A DNA stretch of 64,000 nt, from positions 45,631,885 to 45,695,884 of the forward strand of contig NC_068992.1 of assembly GCF_001194135.2 (NCBI RefSeq). The letters are read 5' to 3'. This stretch comes from Octopus bimaculoides. Taxonomy: Eukaryota. The translations under genes and the position numbers were made by a program. The notes below the pieces were generated by a model that saw only the letters and a program-made list of their open reading frames with translations, had not been told where the DNA came from and did no database searches. Below are positions 39,600-53,003 of the stretch, piece after piece (position 1 is the first letter of the stretch; the number at the start of each line of letters is the position of its first letter).

Positions 39600-39870
39600 C
39601 ACACACATATGTGTGTGAGTCTGTGTACGTGTGTGCGTGCACGCGCAAGTGATCTTGCGTGCCTGCCTGTGTGTGTGTGTGAAATGTGTCTACGTTTTTG
39701 TCCCATCACTGTTTGACAACTGTCGTAAGTGTATTTAAGTTTCCGTAACTTGAGACCGATAGAACTAGCATCAGACTTTACAGAAAATAATAACTACTGG
39801 GGTTGATTCGTTTGACTAAAATTCTTCAAGCCAGTGCCCCAGTATGGCAGCAGTGTAATGACTAAAGCAA
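39600..39870 (+). mobile_element. SINE family B 3' part
   Basis: (TG)n then tgtttgacaac...ccgtaactt...ttcttcaag..gtgccccagtatggc.gcagt.taatgact is the reverse complement of the 24.8-kb and 46.4-kb copies. Confidence 0.7.
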
Positions 39871-40479
39871 TTGAAAAATATATAATATATATCATATATG
39901 CATAAAACAATAATATATTTTATCTTACTATAACATTTTTATCACATTATGCTTACATTACAATAACGATTTACTTAGACTATCGTATTTTATTTCTAAA
40001 TACTGTAACTTTCATATATTAATATATTCTAAATAAAAACAGAATACATTTGCTTCCAATTTTGTATTAAAAATTCTAATAATGATATTTTTTTAATACA
40101 TAGAAATGTGTAACCAAACCTCATATATATTTACATATATTTTCTGATAAGTTACGCGTATGACGATTTTTTTCTTACCTGGTATGATGTTTTGCTCTAA
40201 TAATATAATCTTTATTTCTTACTATATATTTATTGAAACATCTGATATTACTGCCTCATTAAATCTTATAACATTTTCCTATCATTTACAATGTAATATT
40301 ACATCCTACAACACCTCACTGTTAATAAACTAGTTTTGCCAAGACAAAATACATTTGAAATGAATTAGATTAGCTATATGATATAATGATATTTCCAGTG
40401 GTGTATGCTATCTTTTTAAACTACGTCTAATATAGTCCCCTCCGTGGACTATAAAATAAAGTATTTCTTTTAAAAAGAA

Positions 40480-40746
40480 AACATTTTCCTAAAAGTTATG
40501 AGGGAAAAACACGGATCTTGTAAATTTTCTGAAGTCATCCGCCCCGTTGCTTTCCGCACATTTTTATATTCGATTCCTACTCGTTTTCTTTTTTACATCC
40601 GTTGCATTATTTTAAGTTGTTTTCGGGTAATATTGTAAACATTAATCAAATTTTGAATAACAAAAATTAAATAATATCACAAGGGGGCATCAGGATTTTA
40701 GAAATGATTCGGTGGGGCATGGCCAAAAATCAGTTTGGAACCACTG
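40480..40746. mobile_element. Possible hAT/Charlie-like element end
   Basis: Ends in ...ccaaaaatcagtttggaaccACTG, the reverse complement of a CAGTGGTTCCAAAC-type TIR; the partner TIR was not found, so the left boundary is approximate. Confidence 0.35.
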
Positions 40747-41388
40747 CTTTAGAGTCATATATANNNNNNNNNNNNNNNNNNNNNNNNNNNNNNNNNNNNN
40801 NNNNNNNNNNNNNNNNNNNNNNNNNNNNNNNNNNNNNNNNNNNNNNNNNNNNNNNNNNNNNNNNNNNNNNNNNNNNNNNNNNNNNNNNNNNNNNNNNNNN
40901 NNNNNNNNNNNNNNNNNNNNNNNNNNNNNNNNNNNNNNNNNNNNNNNNNNNNNNNNNNNNNNNNNNNNNNNNNNNNNNNNNNNNNNNNNNNNNNNNNNNN
41001 NNNNNNNNNNNNNNNNNNNNNNNNNNNNNNNNNNNNNNNNNNNNNNNNNNNNNNNNNNNNNNNNNNNNNNNNNNNNNNNNNNNNNNNNNNNNNNNNNNNN
41101 NNNNNNNNNNNNNNNNNNNNNNNNNNNNNNNNNNNNNNNNNNNNNNNNNNNNNNNNNNNNNNNNNNNNNNNNNNNNNNNNNNNNNNNNNNNNNNNNNNNN
41201 NNNNNNNNNNNNNNNNNNNNNATATATATATGACGTTGACCACTAACGTGGACATTCAATGTGCTAGAAATAGATCACATCTTGTGTCTAACAAAACCTA
41301 AATTGTTCTCAACATGAAACGTAAGCGGGCAAGACATTGGAAAGGAACATTATTAAACAGGTACCGGTTTCAAATTTAGCAATCTTAC

Positions 41389-41487
41389 CGACTGTCTATT
41401 TCTCTTCAGCCTGATTTGTAATGGAACCATAATCATCAGAACCCCATACAAAGTTGCCCACCGCCATAGGTGCGCGTGTATATGGTT
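41389..41487 (-). CDS. Candidate 99-bp exon (phase 0: NHIHAHLWRWATLYGVLMIMVPLQIRLKRNRQS; alternative frame PYTRAPMAVGNFVWGSDDYGSITNQAEEK*)
   Basis: Strong donor TCG/GTAAGA, tandem acceptor taattAGcAG, GC content above the surroundings. No homology recognised. Confidence 0.25.
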
Positions 41488-42224
41488 CTGCTAATTACAG
41501 CTTAATGGTAAAATTCAAAAGTCTTCGTTTTGGTGCGCTAATTCCAGGAATATGTCTGCAGAGAATATTTACTGCGTCGCATATATACAGTATGAGAACT
41601 CGGTAGGGGTTAATACATTATCAAAAAATATGGCAAAAAATCATATATTAATTAATATCGATTAATTACCAGGAAGCTAGCACATTTAAAAAATCAAAGA
41701 GATTCAGAAACAGTATCTGCAATCTCATATATATATATATAATGATTTTTGGCTAATTTCTGGAAGAAAATCGGCATTCTTTTTTTGTATTTGCTGTCGA
41801 TAAGACAACCGCTAGGGCGGCGGATTCGAAAGATTATAACATATAAGCACGAGGCATGTTCTGTATTGTCTCGTGTTTATATGTTAATCTTGGCTTTCTT
41901 GCCGATGATAACTGGCCTAGCAAATTATTTTATTTTGCTGAAAATAGGTTGAAACCATGTTATTGAACCGGTGAGTGTGTTAATTAATAAGGCATTAAAA
42001 CAGAATGACTGTCCCCCTTCGAAACGCTTAGTTTAGGATAGGGGCAGCTGATGAAGGAAATGTGCGCTATGTGGCCTGTTTGTTTTCTGTGCTCTGTTTA
42101 TGTTCTGCTTTTCATTTTGTCCACGTTCTTTTGTGATGTCCTGTACCCAGATAGGCATCTATATATACATGTAGATGTAGGTATGTACATATATGTATAC
42201 ATGCATATGCTCACATATTATTTC

Positions 42225-42258
<34 letters not shown>

Positions 42259-43199
42259 CGTAGAATTAGGTAATTATTATTGTTGGTCGAAATAAAATAT
42301 TAGATGTACAAGATATAGAATAAGTGTTGAATTTCTCTAACAGAAGGTAAAAATCTGTTATAGGATGAAGATTGTTCAACTATATAGAAACGATTGCTAT
42401 TGGTGCTACAAAAAACATCATTAGCGATAAAAACGCAATAGTATATAATTAAACGCACAGATACTTTAGATGATATCAATTGGATTAATATGTGCTCTGA
42501 ATGCGTTATTAAATAGAACAATATCTTGGTATAAGTAAAGTATGTTATGTGAAATAAATATATGTCTTTTGAGATACAAAATTGTTTATTAAAGATAGAA
42601 GTACACCATTAGTTTTTAAAATATTATCTTGAACTGAAAAATGCATTAGTGTAAGATGTGTTAGAAGAAATAAAACGGTACTGGAAACAGAAAAAAATAC
42701 TTTGCGTGATATAAAACATACAATATTATAGGTAGATCTATATTATAAGAGGTAACAGATACATTATCGGAAGGAAAACTTCATTGTCAGAGATCCATTG
42801 ATAGAAGAATAAGTAAAATATCGTATCATTACTCTGTAATACTGTGAAGTATTTAAAAAGGATGGTGTGAATAATGATGATGATGGTGATGCTGACGAAG
42901 TTAGTGCTTGCAGTGTTGGCAGTGTTGATGGTGGAGATAAAGTTAATGGAAATGGCTGTGATAATGCACCTAAAGGTTATGATGATGAAGACAACACCAA
43001 TAATAGTGGTGGTGGTGGTGGTGATAAGATTACAGTGACCTTGGTGAAGATAGTACTGATTTGTAGTGTCAGTTGCAAAGGGGTTGTGCTGTGAGTGTGT
43101 ATGAACGCATACACTGCCCGCTGTTAGGCTCGTGGCGTATTCAGAAGCCAGTATTCTCTTTTCTTCATTTAAGCTCCTAGAGGTGACAAACAAAATAAT

Positions 43200-43258
43200 A
43201 AAGTTAACGATAACGAAACGACAACGTTACCACCACCACTACCACCGCCATCACAATG

Positions 43259-43327
<69 letters not shown>

Positions 43328-43802
43328 AATAATAAATACAACGACGACGACGACGATGATGATGTTGATGATGATGATAATTGCAACAACGGTCACATGC
43401 CATTCAACGATGTGAAAGGAGAGAAGAGAGTCGGATAATGATTATGAATTCTGAACACTATTTCTGCAGTGTTGTCATGCTCACAGCCGTTGGCCATTAG
43501 GTGTGCAGCAGATTGCAGTAAATTATGTGACCTGTTTCACTAACATATCTCCCAATCTAGGAAACACCACTTATAACTGTCATCAGATGAACCACTCCAC
43601 AGTTTGATCACGTTACAATGGTTGCATTTTATATAGTGACATTAGGGCATTCTTATTGCTTACAGTCATAACGAGTTAACTTGCAATATCATATTCTAAA
43701 TAGACAGAAAATTGTAATAACGAAGGTGGTGATGATGATGATGATGAGAGGAAAAGAGGAAGAGAGAATACTACTGACTGTGGATGCTACTGCTGCTGAA
43801 TG

Positions 43803-43878
<76 letters not shown>

Positions 43879-43880
43879 GT

Positions 43881-43911
<31 letters not shown>

Positions 43912-43915
43912 ATAT
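43200..43915. repeat. Compound trinucleotide microsatellites (AAT/GAT/GAC/CAT)
   Basis: Directly visible at 43258-43385 and 43800-43910. Confidence 0.95.
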
Positions 43916-43924
43916 TATTCCTTC

Positions 43925-44215
43925 GTAACACAGTGTAGGTAAAAATGCACCGGAGTCTTTAGTCATCTGTCAAGTCACAACAAGGACGTCAGACAGATAA
44001 TACTTTCCTTAAGATGTGCGCTGTGCCCAATAAGGCTGCTTTTTTGCAAGACATCAATCTTGCATGGGATTTCCAGTTGCCTTAGGTTTTGAAGTTTCAG
44101 TGGGATAGAGCCCAACGCTCCGATCTCGCATTCCATACAGTCTTGCCAATTCCACTTTCAATTCGAAGTACTTGGTGATTTTTTCAACCACTTTACTCAC
44201 AGCATTCATGTCATG
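43925..44215 (-). mobile_element. R4/Dong-type LINE 3' end (REL endonuclease C-terminus)
   Basis: KVVEKITKYFELKVELARLYGM...VGALGSIP..LRQLEIPCKIDVLQKAALLGTAHILRKVLSV*; the 3' end abuts (GAT)n/(ATT)n. Confidence 0.85.
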
Positions 44216-44770
44216 ACCAGGCTAAATGATATAGTATATGCAGCAACCTCTGTGTCCACAAAAGAAGTTGGATACCCATTAAAACCCATCCAAACACGAG
44301 CATCAACACCCAAGAGACCCTGTGGCTAAATAATATCCAGAAAAATAGATAATAAGAGAAAAGATCTGTCAATCTTTAATGAAACTAGTAGAGAATCAAC
44401 AATACTAAGCAACGAGAAGAGAAGAAAAATACTACGTAAATACAAAATTACAGAATAGGGTATACCAGAGGTAAAACAAAAACAGCTAAAGCAAGATATC
44501 CTCGCCAAAGCACAAAGAATCTGCCGGTATGAGAAACGCCAACGATTCTTTGAATAAAACAAACAGTTCAACTCCAAACCCAAAATATTCCACCAAAAAC
44601 TTGACAAAAATAAAATAAAGATCAATGCAGCACCAACAGCAGAAAAAGTGGAAGAAGTTTGGACAGAAATATGGTCTGCGAAGGAACAACCTAAACAGAG
44701 GTCTATCAAACAACGAACACAGCATCTGAACTAACTTGGATCCCTATAACAACTGAAGAGGTCACTTAGG
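44216..44770 (+). mobile_element. R4/Dong-type LINE pre-RT region, inverted relative to the adjacent 3' end
   Basis: LNDIVYAAT..WLNNIQ..KRRKILRKYKI..LKQDILAKAQRICRYEKRQRFFE*NKQFNSKPKIFHQKL..PTAEKVEEVWTEIWS..ITTEEV, typical of the region just N-terminal to RT in R4-clade elements. Confidence 0.75.
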
Positions 44771-44844
44771 GATCTACTGTTTAGGGACATAACGTTAATA
44801 TATCACGAGGCGTTAGAGTGAGGTTTTATTTTCAGTCTCTATTT

Positions 44845-45260
44845 CAGGATGTGGGAGTTCCCTGTTGATGTCAATGGACAATTGATGAGCTCATGCCTTT
44901 ACTTTGTTCAAAACCAACATGCAACAGTCTTCAGCACGTTCACTCCATCATTACATGCTTATGAAAATGTAAAATGGCTGAAACTTATTCTCTTTCTAGC
45001 ATCAGGAAGTAAGACATAATCATCTCATTTCAAGCTTTTTACCTTTGACCGGGAAAAAGATCAACACTTTGAAAGGAGTAATTTCAGATAAATGCCAGCG
45101 GAAATGTCGAATTCGGTTGCATCCTTCATGGGATATATTAAGGAGACGATCTTAACATCACTAAAGTTTATTTTGTAGACAGAAGAAATAATCCAAGACT
45201 TCATGTTAATGATTGATTTCGTCTTTATGAGATCTAGAGATCATAACGACAAGCTCCACA
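44845..45260 (+). mobile_element. Possible decayed LINE AP-endonuclease fragment
   Basis: DVNGQLMSSCLYFVQNQHATVFSTF..KW resembles NxNGxxLxxFCxxNxLxIxNTF..TW; a later DH motif; weak. Confidence 0.3.
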
Positions 45261-46387
45261 TAAAAACTAGCTGAAGTGTCGACATCTAGTGTCCTAACCA
45301 ATGTCATATCTGACAAACATTCTGCTCTGGAAGACAACCATTTTTAAATTTGAAAAACTCCTGTAATGATAACACAACAATGAAGTAATCTTGTAGGGTA
45401 CAGAAAAACAAGAAAAAAGAATAACTAAACACAAATAGACGAAAATACGGAGATTTGCAATAAAGAATAAACAGCTCTCAAACGTAAACAGAACAAATAC
45501 ACATTGAAAATATCACAAAACAACCGATCAAACATATAAAAGATAACCTGCTATAAACTAACGAAATCAATACAACACAGCACACGTATGTCACATGAAC
45601 CATGAAACAACTGTATCCCGACACAAAGAAATTGACGTACGACAAAAGAGCACATTTATAGCGGATGTGTCCTCAGTATACAATGTCTATAACGCAGAAG
45701 ATCTGATCACGCACAGAACACAACGAATCAGTGAAACAATATCAGACACGGACATTAAAGAAACAAAAATTCAGAATGAAGCTAATGGTCACAGAATATA
45801 TGAATATATCAATGTATGTTTATAATATAGATTTATATGTGAATGTGTATGTGTGTGTATGTAATGTATATAAGTAGTTAGATGGATATATTGATATATA
45901 ATGTATATAAATATTCATTAACACGCACACACGTACATAGACTTTATATATACTATTAGGCAGTATAAGCAGCAAAGTAGGAGAAGCACTTAGATGAGAC
46001 TAGCAGGTACCTATCGCTTCTTGGGTTATCGAGTTATAAATACACCATAGAGCACCTACCCACCCTCTCTCCCAAATTATATACTTATATATTTGTGTTT
46101 ATCTATCTCTTATTTCACTCCTCTCTTTGTGTGTTTGTTTGTATATATATATATATATAAATGTGTACATTAGTGTGTGCGTAATTCACATGCAAACACT
46201 TATTTATCTTGACAAAATAATTAAATTGCAAAGCTATAAGTTTGTAGAGTAAAATAATATCAAACCATCTATTAATCTCTCATACCTTTTTGAAAATTGC
46301 TTGATAGCTACCGAGGAAAGAACCAACACTATCTTTCAGCATATTGAGGAATTTACATTAAAGAATGAAAAGCATACATATATTTCA

Positions 46388-46620
46388 TTCTTTTATTCTT
46401 TTATGTGTTTCAGCCATTTGTCTGCAACCGTACTGGAGTACGGCCCTAAGGGTTTAGTCGAACAAATCGACCCTAAGTTTTTACAGGTCTCCTTTTCCAA
46501 ACTGTTAAGTTACGAGAATGCAAACAAACCACCACCGGTTGCCAAGCAGTGATCGGGGACCAACGCAAAGACACACTCACACACAAACACACACACACAC
46601 AAACACTTACTCATATATAT
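46388..46620 (-). mobile_element. SINE family B 3' part with internal deletion
   Basis: ttcttttattctttta.gtgtttcagccattt..ctgc..ccgtactggag..gtttagtcgaacaaatcgacc...gttaagttacg...ggttgccaagc matches the 24.8-kb copy. Confidence 0.75.
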
Positions 46621-46689
46621 ACAGACTTTTGGAAGAGGGGCGACGTCGAAATACATGGCCAGTCTGACAACCTCAGGCACGCACCACTG

Positions 46690-47020
46690 CATTAAAACCC
46701 TCCGACCGACATTCAGTGTAAACCCAGTCACACGGGCCATCCTCACCACATTCACCCACCAAACATACTCTCCACCCTCACATCAGTTTTTAAAGTGGAA
46801 CTTGCAAAAGTCTATGAGGGCTTGGCTTCAAAGGAAAGTATCTGTCTCCAGTCGTTTCAACCTCGTTCACCTCACTACTTCTTTTATTATAGCCACCAGA
46901 CAAAGGAAAACTGCCTGCCCTTCCCTGTCAGAAGGCAGCGGGTTGATCCACACGATGGACTCAGCTGATAACCGGATCTGTCCACCACGCGTCAGCAGCT
47001 GTTCGACAAACAAGCAAACA
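46690..47020 (-). mobile_element. Tx1/L1-like LINE ORF2 C-terminal fragment
   Basis: VEQLL..IRLSAESIVWINPLPSDREGQAVFLCLVAIIKEVVR*TRLKRLETDTFL*SQALIDFCKFHFK..WVNVVRMARV; G-rich coding-like minus strand with stops. The clade assignment is from recollection of similar elements. Confidence 0.5.
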
Positions 47021-47109
47021 CAATCAGTCAAACACAATTCAACATTTTCTGTAGACAATGCGTCACTTATTTAAGAAAAATGGGGGTGCATCAACTAATA
47101 GTAAAGGTA

Positions 47110-47333
47110 TTAATGGTTTTCGGGGAGTGAAATTGTTGATTATGTAGATCCCAGTATATGACTGGCACTTTAATCTCTTTTTCTGAAATAATAAAATTGA
47201 AGTTGACGTCAGTAAGATTTGAACTCAGAATGATAAATATTGCTGTGCAGGATTTGAACACAGTTTAAAGAGCCAGAAGAAATACTGCGACGTAGTTTTT
47301 GACAAAACTCTAACGATTCTGCCAGCTCGCCGC
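47110..47333 (-). mobile_element. Two SINE family A fragments (47110-47231 body; 47250-47333 head)
   Basis: ctctaacgattctgccagctcgccgc is the reverse complement of the SINE head; gatttgaactcagaa is the B-box region. Confidence 0.7.
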
Positions 47334-48469
47334 TTTATAGAAGGCGAAGAAACCTTTTCATCTGGTGAACTAAATGTATATGATATTTAATGAAATGAAC
47401 TTTAAAACACGAAAGGTATCATTTCACTCCATATAACAGTTTATCAATGAAAATGTTATCTGTTTTACTCTAAAAGTATATTCACTAAAAGATTTTGTTC
47501 CATTACTTGTTCTGCTGGTCATTAGTTAAATGTTTTCTCCGTCGTTTACCTGTAATTTTAACACGACATTTCTTTATTGATTCTCAGCCTACCAGGAGTA
47601 TGAACAGTTTGTTGCGAACCTTTTGACATTTATATTAGATTTGTTTTCTCACTGATGGAATGTTTGAATAACTGAACATGTTTACACAGTGTTAATGCTT
47701 GCAACACTGTAACTGGCCAAAATAAAAACAACCACTTTTTTAAACAAGCCAAATGCTACGAATGACAATTCTTCGTAGTCTGATCTATGTAGGTGTCTAT
47801 AAACGTGTCTTTACACATTTCCCGTTTATTATCGTCTACTTTTCCCAATCTATCGGTAAATACTATCAAACTAAAGTAATCAATTCAAAGCTTGTTTGTA
47901 TTTTGCTGATATGCTTTAGTGATTCTCACTCAGTAACAGAAACCCCGTACTAAAGTAATACAATTAATTTTATCCATGTAATTGTTAGAGTAATTTTTGC
48001 AATGCTACTTAAACCCACCATTAATACAGCTATGGTTTTCCTCTAACTCTACAACAAAAGTCGTCTATTTTGTTTTCATCAGATGAATAACTTAACAAAG
48101 AAGATTCATCGTAACGTTTGTAATGTTGAAAATTTAGTGACAGTTTAAGTTAAGTATGTATTAGGTTTTCAATTAGCTTAGCAGATTCTGTTAATGCCGA
48201 ATCTACATGACACAACTTTTGGTTTAGGTTATAAATCTCCGCTAAAATCTCTAAATAGGTAGATTTATTTTCCAGGTTTCAGTTCCATGGCATTTTATTA
48301 ATCTAAAACAAGACCTAAAATGTGTTGATATGTAAAATAGATGACGTGATATAAGATATTAAATCTGCGAGTTTATGAATCTGGCGTTGTTCAGGAAACG
48401 TATTTGTGTTTTGCTGTCTATGACCGTCACTTCTATCTTATCCCTTCGAGTTCGCTTTTAATATTTGTA

Positions 48470-49170
48470 TTGGGAGTCTTAAATATTATCATCGGATGCT
48501 GGCGGCCACACCATCAAGCTTTCACCTTGTATGCTGTTAGACTTTAAGAAAGTTTGGGTGATCCCGGCAGAGTGGAGGGAGTGTTGCCATGCAAGAATAC
48601 GAGATTCCTTACAAGTGACTGCAGTATGTCATCTAACCAGTGATTCAAGACCTCCTTCCGGGGATTGCAGTAGGCAGCTGCGGTCACTTTAACCTCTTCA
48701 GGCACTCTGACTGGGCCAACAAGTCTGTTCTCAACAATACCAGCCCACAACATGACTCCTCCATCCTTTTGTTGACATCGTAAACGTTGGTGACGCTCAT
48801 CTCCAAAATAGACCCAACTATTTTCCCAACCGTTCGGTTCATCAAGGGTCACCCTGGTTTCGTCAGTGAACAGAACACAACTCATGTCTAACGTCATGTA
48901 CTTTTGGGCCCATTGAAGCCTCAAACTCCTGTGAATAAGCAAATTCAGGTATTCTCGCACGGAAGCTATGGTCCTGAAGATGAAATTTCTGGTAGTTTTC
49001 GGTACATGAGGAAATCCGGAGGCGGTGAAAATGGCTTTGCGTGTTTGTCCAGCTACATGGATGGTAAGGGTGAAACGGATTCACAATACGGGCCTAGATA
49101 AAACGAACCTTCCCTGGCAGCAATAATGATACTCAGCACACTTGGAAGCAACGATGACGTTAGAAGCTGG
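48470..49170 (-). mobile_element. Tc1/Tc3-like transposase relic
   Basis: RLQWAQKYM..VLFTDETRVTLDEPNGW..RLRCQQKDGGVMLWAGIVENRLVGPVRVPEEVKVTAAAYC..LVFLHGNTPS..LMVWPPAS (FxDE, GGGVMxW, HDNAPxH-like and WPPxS motifs); TIRs not located. Confidence 0.9.
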
Positions 49171-49967
49171 CAAAGTAGTTATAATTTGCTGTCGACGGCC
49201 GATGAAGAGAATGTACATAAGTAACAACTGCGTAATACTATATATTATATATGAAGAGGAAGCTGAGAGAGGAACATGAATAAATATATTGCATTTCTGA
49301 AATATAAAACATCGATAAATCAAAATTTAAATATCAAAATGTTATAAATTGACTAAAATGTATTCAAAGAAATAATGAGAAAAGCGAGACAGCAGCAGAT
49401 CTCGTAGGCAGATATAGCAGGAGGTAAGAGTAAACCAGACGTTTTAGTCACTGCAACATGTCTTTTAGAGAAAATATTAACATATTCAAAAGATGACGAC
49501 AGTTAAAACACAATCCAATAATATCTTACATGTGTAAACATTACACTATTACGGTAACTAGTAAATATTGACACATACATCGGGACAAATATTGCTTAAA
49601 ATATAATTTACATTTTCAATAAATTCAACCATGTTAGTCATGTGATTTTAACAGCGGTAAAAAGCTATGAATCTCCGGTATTTATTTATTTTTTCTTTCT
49701 TCCTTGCCTCAAAATTAATGTACGGAGTATAACCATTTTTTGAAAAATGCAAACGCAATATTCGAATAATTTCTTATGAAATCATACGGAAAATATTCAA
49801 TATTACATGTTATAAACGAATGGTGGTTGTCAGAGTAGGTGAAATGCCGGACTAAATGATTATTGGTGCGCTCACACACACATACATACATGCAAAAGTT
49901 TTTTGCAGTAACATCCTACCGAAACGGTACAATGTTACCCGAATATTTTATTGTTTCCTTACACCAT

Positions 49968-50130
<163 letters not shown>

Positions 50131-51656
50131 AATAAAGAAATCATTGCTTTTATTTGTGATATTACTTTCCTGGATATTTGACATTTTTTTTCTTTTTTTG
50201 AAACCTCAATCTATAAAATTGTTTTGATTTAAGTTGTGATTTATCGACTTTTTACTGCACCAAATATGAATAAATAATCCGATGAAACCATGCCACTGGT
50301 AGATTGCAATATGGCTGCTAGACTTTGACTAAAATTTCTGCGCATATTTTGCATAACTAATGGCTGTAGAACGTGTTGTTTAGTGCTATTACTGTCTCAG
50401 AGATATGGTCAGTAGGAAACTCTTGATATATCGTAATACAAGTAAAACCAATAATCACATTATTATGGTTGATTAAAATATTTATCGTTATAAGATTCTA
50501 AGAATTCTATAGTCATCGTAGCTGTTTTCAGTTTTCTTTGACTTAAAGTGATGAGAGAGAAGATACACTCTGTATAATTCTTCGTGAAATCTTCAGCAGC
50601 ATGATCAAAACTTTTCTACAACACATTTTCGATCTGTTACACTATCTATAGTATACTTTTCGACAGAGATTTCAAATTTTAATCAACAACTACAGGCTGG
50701 TGGATTGAGATTTCGAATCTCTCTAGAGATATCAAATTCAAAATGCCCAATTGTTTGCAAACAAATTGTTCATACAAGCCAGTCGAGGATAAGCGTTAAA
50801 ATTCCTTGGTCTTTTTTTCAACCAAGCCAACCTGGTAGAAATTGTGCGCATTATTAATTTGTTTTCCGAAAGATATGCAGGCAATGTTGTCAGAAAAAAT
50901 GTGCAAGCAAGAGAAATTGAAGGATCTAATCTGAATTCTTGCAACAGAATTAACTTTTCTAAAGGCGGCATGTCTACCGCTACGACTCCAATATGTCTAA
51001 AATATTGAGAATATTAAGATCATTTATTCTCGGACTATTAAACGCATCTAGAGACGAAGTTATGCTTCAGTCGGGTTTATTGCCAACAAGTCGTAAATAG
51101 TCTTGTTCTTGAATGTATACACAACGACGAGGGTGGTGACTGAATTATAAAAGCAATGTAGACGGAAATAATAAAAACGGAAACGAATACTACGTCTCTA
51201 CTGACGGAGTTAATAATCCAAAACAAAATGTAAATTAGAACACTGCACCAGACTTTAAACATATCAGACAGCATGGTTATTTGAACAAGAAATTATTTCA
51301 CTAAATGAAAACGCAAGATAAACTGAATAACCCTTTAACACTGTATTTTATGTCACGCAAATTTACCGACTCCCTAAGAAATTGTGACAAACAAAAAAGT
51401 TGCATTGATAATTACCGTCGATACTTATATACTTCTGTGGTTTTCTTGTTAGTGTTTAGCCCACAGCTATGACTGCCCCGTCTTTTCCGAATGAGTACCA
51501 CATTATACAAAAGTTACGTTTACTAAGACTGTAGAGCAATAGTTGTATGACATTTAGCAGCTACTTTCAACAAGTCAAGAGATCATTTAGAACTTCTATC
51601 GTTGGCTTCGTAATACTATTGGTTGGCAACGGTAATTTAGAATATATTGTATGACA

Positions 51657-52043
51657 GGAGACGCAATGGCCCAGTGGTTAGGGCAGCGGACTCGCGGTCA
51701 TAGGATCGCGGTTTCGATTCCCATACCGGGCGTTGTGAGTGTTTATTGAGCGAAAAAACCTAATGTTCCACGAGGCTCCGGTAGGGGATGGTGGCGAACC
51801 CTGCTGTACTCTTCCACCACAACTTTCTCTCACTCTTATTTCCTGTTTCTGTTGTACCTGTATTTCAAAGGGCCAGCCTTGTCACACTGTGTGACGCTGA
51901 ATATCCCCGAGAACTACGTTAAGGGTACACGTGTCTGTGGAGTGCTCAGCCACTTGCACGTTAATTTCACGAGCAGGCTGTTTCATTGATCGGATCAACT
52001 GGAACCCTCGACGTCGTAAGCGACGGAGTGCCAACAACAACAA
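51657..52043 (+). mobile_element. tRNA(Arg)-like SINE, family C, full-length and little decayed
   Basis: A box TGGCCCAGTGGTTAGG, TCG anticodon-like loop, B box GGTTTCGATTCCC, ~300-bp tRNA-unrelated body, (AAC)n tail; lacks a proper tRNA acceptor stem and T-run terminator. Confidence 0.85.
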
Positions 52044-52721
52044 TGAGAACCTATAAAACTGAACGGTCTTGGTCGAAAANNNNNNNNNNNNNNNNNNNNN
52101 NNNNNNNNNNNNNNNNNNNNNNNNNNNNNNNNNNNNNNNNNNNNNNNNNNNNNNNNNNNNNNNNNNNNNNNNNNNNNNNNNNNNNNNNNNNNNNNNNNNN
52201 NNNNNNNNNNNNNNNNNNNNNNNNNNNNNNNNNNNNNNNNNNNNNNNNNNNNNNNNNNNNNNNNNNNNNNNNNNNNNNNNNNNNNNNNNNNNNNNNNNNN
52301 NNNNNNNNNNNNNNNNNNNNNNNNNNNNNNNNNNNNNNNNNNNNNNNNNNNNNNNNNNNNNNNNNNNNNNNNNNNNNNNNNNNNNNNNNNNNNNNNNNNN
52401 NNNNNNNNNNNNNNNNNNNNNNNNNNNNNNNNNNNNNNNNNNNNNNNNNNNNNNNNNNNNNNNNNNNNNNNNNNNNNNNNNNNNNNNNNNNNNNNNNNNN
52501 NNNNNNNNNNNNNNNNNNNNNNNNNNNNNNNNNNNNNNNNNNNNNNNNNNNNNNNNNNNNNNNNNNNNNNNNNNNNNNNNNNNNNNNNNNNNNNNNNNNN
52601 NNNNNNNNNNNNNNNNNNNNNNNNNNNNNNNNNNNNNNNNNNNNNNNNNNNNNNNNNNNNNNNNNNNNNNNNNNNNNNNNNNNNNNNNNNNNNNNNNNNN
52701 NNNNNNNNNNNNNNNNNNNNN

Positions 52722-52761
<40 letters not shown>

Positions 52762-52964
52762 CGATAGATAGATAGATACATAGATATGGTGAGTGGTCTT
52801 GTAAGATTTGATTGTTTGAAATTTTCTGTTGATATACTGGTCGGAAAGCCAAATCTAAAATACCTACTTATGTTAACGTCCGTCCTACCAATTTACATAT
52901 ATATGTGCGTACGTGAGTACTCATGCCTGCTTAGATCCGTGTATATATATATAAATATGTGTGT

Positions 52965-53003
<39 letters not shown>

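Noticed and set aside
40179-40196. 18-nt microexon candidate on minus (strong CAG/GTAAGA donor)
   Set aside because: Weak acceptor and too short to distinguish from chance.
42738-43438. Asp/Gly/Asn-rich and poly-Ile ORFs
   Set aside because: Degenerate (GAT/GGT/AAT)n microsatellite, likewise 21786-22109 and 58486-59095; no splice support.
46655-47074. 139-aa plus-strand ORF
   Set aside because: Antisense to the Tx1/L1-like fragment on the minus strand.
50730-50970. Cys-rich text suggesting a THAP domain or piggyBac cysteine-rich domain
   Set aside because: Requires stops and frameshifts, and the diagnostic residue spacing is not met.
51661-51735. Functional tRNA-Arg gene
   Set aside because: No acceptor-stem pairing or terminator; continues into a SINE body.
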